Origin: Marsupella aquatica
Taxonomy: Eukaryota; Plantae; Marchantiophyta
Reading direction: 5' to 3'
Assembly (NCBI GenBank): GCA_973895155.1
Contig: OZ316894.1
Location: 25,790,709 to 25,854,708, forward strand
DNA: 64,000 nt
This document shows positions 63,305 through 64,000 of this stretch, in pieces (the first letter of the stretch is position 1; each line of letters starts with the position of its first letter). The notes under the pieces are model-generated. The model saw nothing but the letters and a program-made list of their open reading frames with translations, ran no database searches and was not told the origin of the DNA. The position numbers and the translations under genes are program-made.

Positions 63305-64000
63305 CTTGACTTCACATTAAGCCCACAGTCCACGAAAGTATACACGTGAGAAAAGTGTCCTTGACTGGCAAGCCATTACTTTTCCTGGGGACTCTTTGAA
63401 ATGTTCATTTCTTCAAATTAACTTGAAGGAGATTCCCCCATATGTGAACTCTTTTAAATTTCAAAATGCTATGATACATCAGCACTAATGACTCCTACCT
63501 ACCAATCCGATCAGGTTTTTGTTACCCCGTCTCCCGAGTGTGCGGTTGGCTATCAGTATTTAGACAGGAAGTAGAATGGTGGATAAATCTCCTTCAATGG
63601 TGGCCTGATAGCTCTCGCTGGACGGCTTGTAGGTTTAGGGTGTGGACGTATGTTTTTCAATTCCTGCATGATAGCTTTTGCTAGCTTAGTTATGGGTTTA
63701 GTGAATCGGGCTAACCAAGGATTTGGTTGCGCAAGGGAGTCAAGACAGTCAGGGGTGTCTGGAAAATAATCCAGACGCGCTCACAAGATAGGTTTAAACT
63801 TCATACATGGGCTCCTCGGATGAGTTTCCATGCGGCTTTGTATATTCATAGGGTTTTTCGCTTGAGTGGCCCATCCTTTAAAGTTGTAGAAAACGTGCTC
63901 TATGATATGGCTTGTATCTATTGTTTTCCAACACATTCATGTACAAGAGTGACAGAAGCATACCACCCTATTAACAATAGAACCTTGGCTTGTCCTAAAG

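Overview
Eukaryotic land-plant genomic DNA; a non-seed-plant lineage is plausible from the signal-peptide-type PPO and the CRE-type retroelement, but that is inference. Two intact host genes flank about 57 kb of nested transposons, and both lack introns in the CDS: a MORC GHKL ATPase (468-2921, +) and an LPA1-like P-loop NTPase (60767-63304, +). Between them is a full-length Ty1/copia element (9333-15795, -; 403-bp LTRs, AGATC TSD, six in-frame stops). There is also a polyphenol oxidase pseudogene (-, 52758 to 17462) split by an L1 fragment, an 8-bp-TSD MITE and a 31.7-kb nested insertion. That insertion is a 5.8-kb TG...CA element (GTTTC TSD, several ORFs, no paired LTRs). It contains a 25.9-kb CACTA transposon (17937-43850, GTT TSD), whose transposase is itself interrupted by a 1.48-kb solo-LTR-like unit. 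The most interesting feature is the CACTA cargo: four small co-oriented genes directly upstream of the transposase (PHD-like finger, EDM2-type composite PHD, tandem BRCT, F-box), plus duplicated TnpA-like genes and a captured MED7 fragment. This suggests a transposon-borne chromatin-reading or counter-silencing module. A truncated CRE-type (RLE endonuclease) non-LTR element and twin duplicated uORFs upstream of LPA1 are also present. All family assignments are by-eye motif recognition, not database searches.
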